From Candidatus Kapaibacterium sp. (GTDB lineage: Bacteria > Bacteroidota > Ignavibacteria > Kapaibacteriales > UBA2268), in the NCBI GenBank assembly GCA_963665665.1, contig OY762428.1, forward strand, positions 2,304,001 through 2,368,000: 64,000 nucleotides of DNA. Reading direction: 5' to 3'. Both the position numbers and the translations under genes were made by a program. The stretch's first letter is position 1, and every line of letters starts with the position of its first letter. This document shows, one piece after another, positions 62,909 through 64,000 of this stretch. The notes beneath the pieces were generated by a model. That model was given only the letters and a program-made list of their open reading frames with translations, did not search any database and was not told the origin of the DNA.

Positions 62909-63322
62909 TTATAAATAATCTTTTTCTGATTTTGTCCATATTCCGGATATCATTGGCGCTCTTAGTGTGCAATCATCTTTATTTACCATAATGGTTAGAA
63001 CAGAGTTGTTTATCTGGAATATATAAAGGTTGTCATCATCGCCGCAGTCACTGTCTTCTATAAGCTGAATGCTGTTGTTGTCCACGAACTCGAACTTTGC
63101 ATTCGATGAAGTATGGCCTGTATTTTCACCAATAGGTTTCCAGAACATTTCCATATCTTCGGTAAATTCAATTGAAGCATAGAATGTAACGCCCGAACTG
63201 TCTGTTATTGATCTTGTCCAATATCCGTACAGAGGGCTTTTATCAGCATCATCATCCTGGCAGGAGGATAGAAATACAACTAATAATAAGGCTGCAAGAA
63301 CTCCGGTTAGTATTTTTTTCAT
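62909..63322 (-). CDS. Small lipoprotein (lipocalin-like beta fold possible)
   Basis: Lipobox FLSSC-QDDD, LYGYW motif, a Cys pair. Confidence 0.7.
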   Translation of the reverse strand: MKKILTGVLAALLLVVFLSSCQDDDADKSPLYGYWTRSITDSSGVTFYASIEFTEDMEMFWKPIGENTGHTSSNAKFEFVDNNSIQLIEDSDCGDDDNLYIFQINNSVLTIMVNKDDCTLRAPMISGIWTKSEKDYL

Positions 63323-63529
63323 AAGATCACCTGTTTATTGTAATTCATGGTTAATTATATAATCTAAAATAAAGAAAAAAAATTATCAGTTAAAATCAAA
63401 CAGAAATTTTTATAAAAGAATTTATCCCCTGCTGCTATTATAATATTTCTTTTTAAGGATATTTTTTATTATCTTTTTGTTAATTGTAGATCATTACGGG
63501 GATGACTTGTCATTGAATTAATATTGAAT

Positions 63530-64000
63530 ATGAGCAAACAAAAATTTATTATCGTCTGCATATCATTATCATTAATGATTATTGAGCTTGTCTGGACCAG
63601 GATATTCTCGGCTGAATTTTTCTATACATTTGCATTTCTTGTTCTGTCGCTGGCTGTATTTGGTTTAGGGGCCGGCGCTTTAACAATCAGATTGTTCAGA
63701 ATAACAAATGATTCGGCAAACTGGATATACCTTTTATTATCGGCAACGTCGATTATTATAGGGCCTGCCCTGATATTCCTGATTCAGCCGGAATTTACAA
63801 AAGCCTTTGCTTCGGGCACAGAATTATTAAAAACTATTGTATCCGTATTTGTTCTTTCCCTGCCTTCGTATTTCGGGGGCATATCATTATCACAGATATT
63901 CAAAAGCAGCCCGGGCAGGCTTCCGGGGCTGTATATGGCCGATATGATATCAGCCGGAGCGGGAGTGATTTTTGCCGTATTTTTCATGCAGTATTTTCAA
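63530..64000 (+). CDS. Integral membrane protein, spermidine-synthase-associated type; 3' end runs off the window
   Basis: Not in the track. MSKQKFIIVCISLSLMIIELVWTRIFSAEFFYTFAFLVLSLAVFGLGAG...LYMADMISAGAG resembles the membrane N-terminus of fused spermidine-synthase-like proteins. Confidence 0.6.
   Translation, partial: MSKQKFIIVCISLSLMIIELVWTRIFSAEFFYTFAFLVLSLAVFGLGAGALTIRLFRITNDSANWIYLLLSATSIIIGPALIFLIQPEFTKAFASGTELLKTIVSVFVLSLPSYFGGISLSQIFKSSPGRLPGLYMADMISAGAGVIFAVFFMQYFQ

Overview
AT-rich bacterial chromosomal segment from the FCB group. Six T9SS-type C-terminal-domain cargo proteins, a stand-alone atpD-atpC pair and a BshC-like gene suggest a Kapabacteria/Ignavibacteria-like lineage (inference). 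The left end (1-6.45 kb, minus strand) holds a heavily tailored lasso-peptide-type RiPP operon: nucleotidyltransferase, HPr-like kinase, sulfotransferase, RRE/PqqD (B1), B2 protease, and an asparagine-synthetase-like cyclase that runs off the window and is missing from the ORF track. A Fic gene flanked by 32-bp palindromic repeats with a 41-bp period is inserted in it, and no precursor is visible. Beside the operon is a probable origin region: a DnaA-box cluster between serS and rpiB, three parS sites around mnmG/mnmE, and an AT-rich block with degenerate BshC-like and RmlD-like genes. The rest contains housekeeping genes (sppA, ipdC-like, atpDC, cobA-hemD, fprA), modular secreted proteins, REP/MITE-like repeat clusters, a deletion-fused pseudogene pair and an intact ISL3-family IS with an 8-bp target duplication. 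All calls come from reading motifs by eye; no database search was run.
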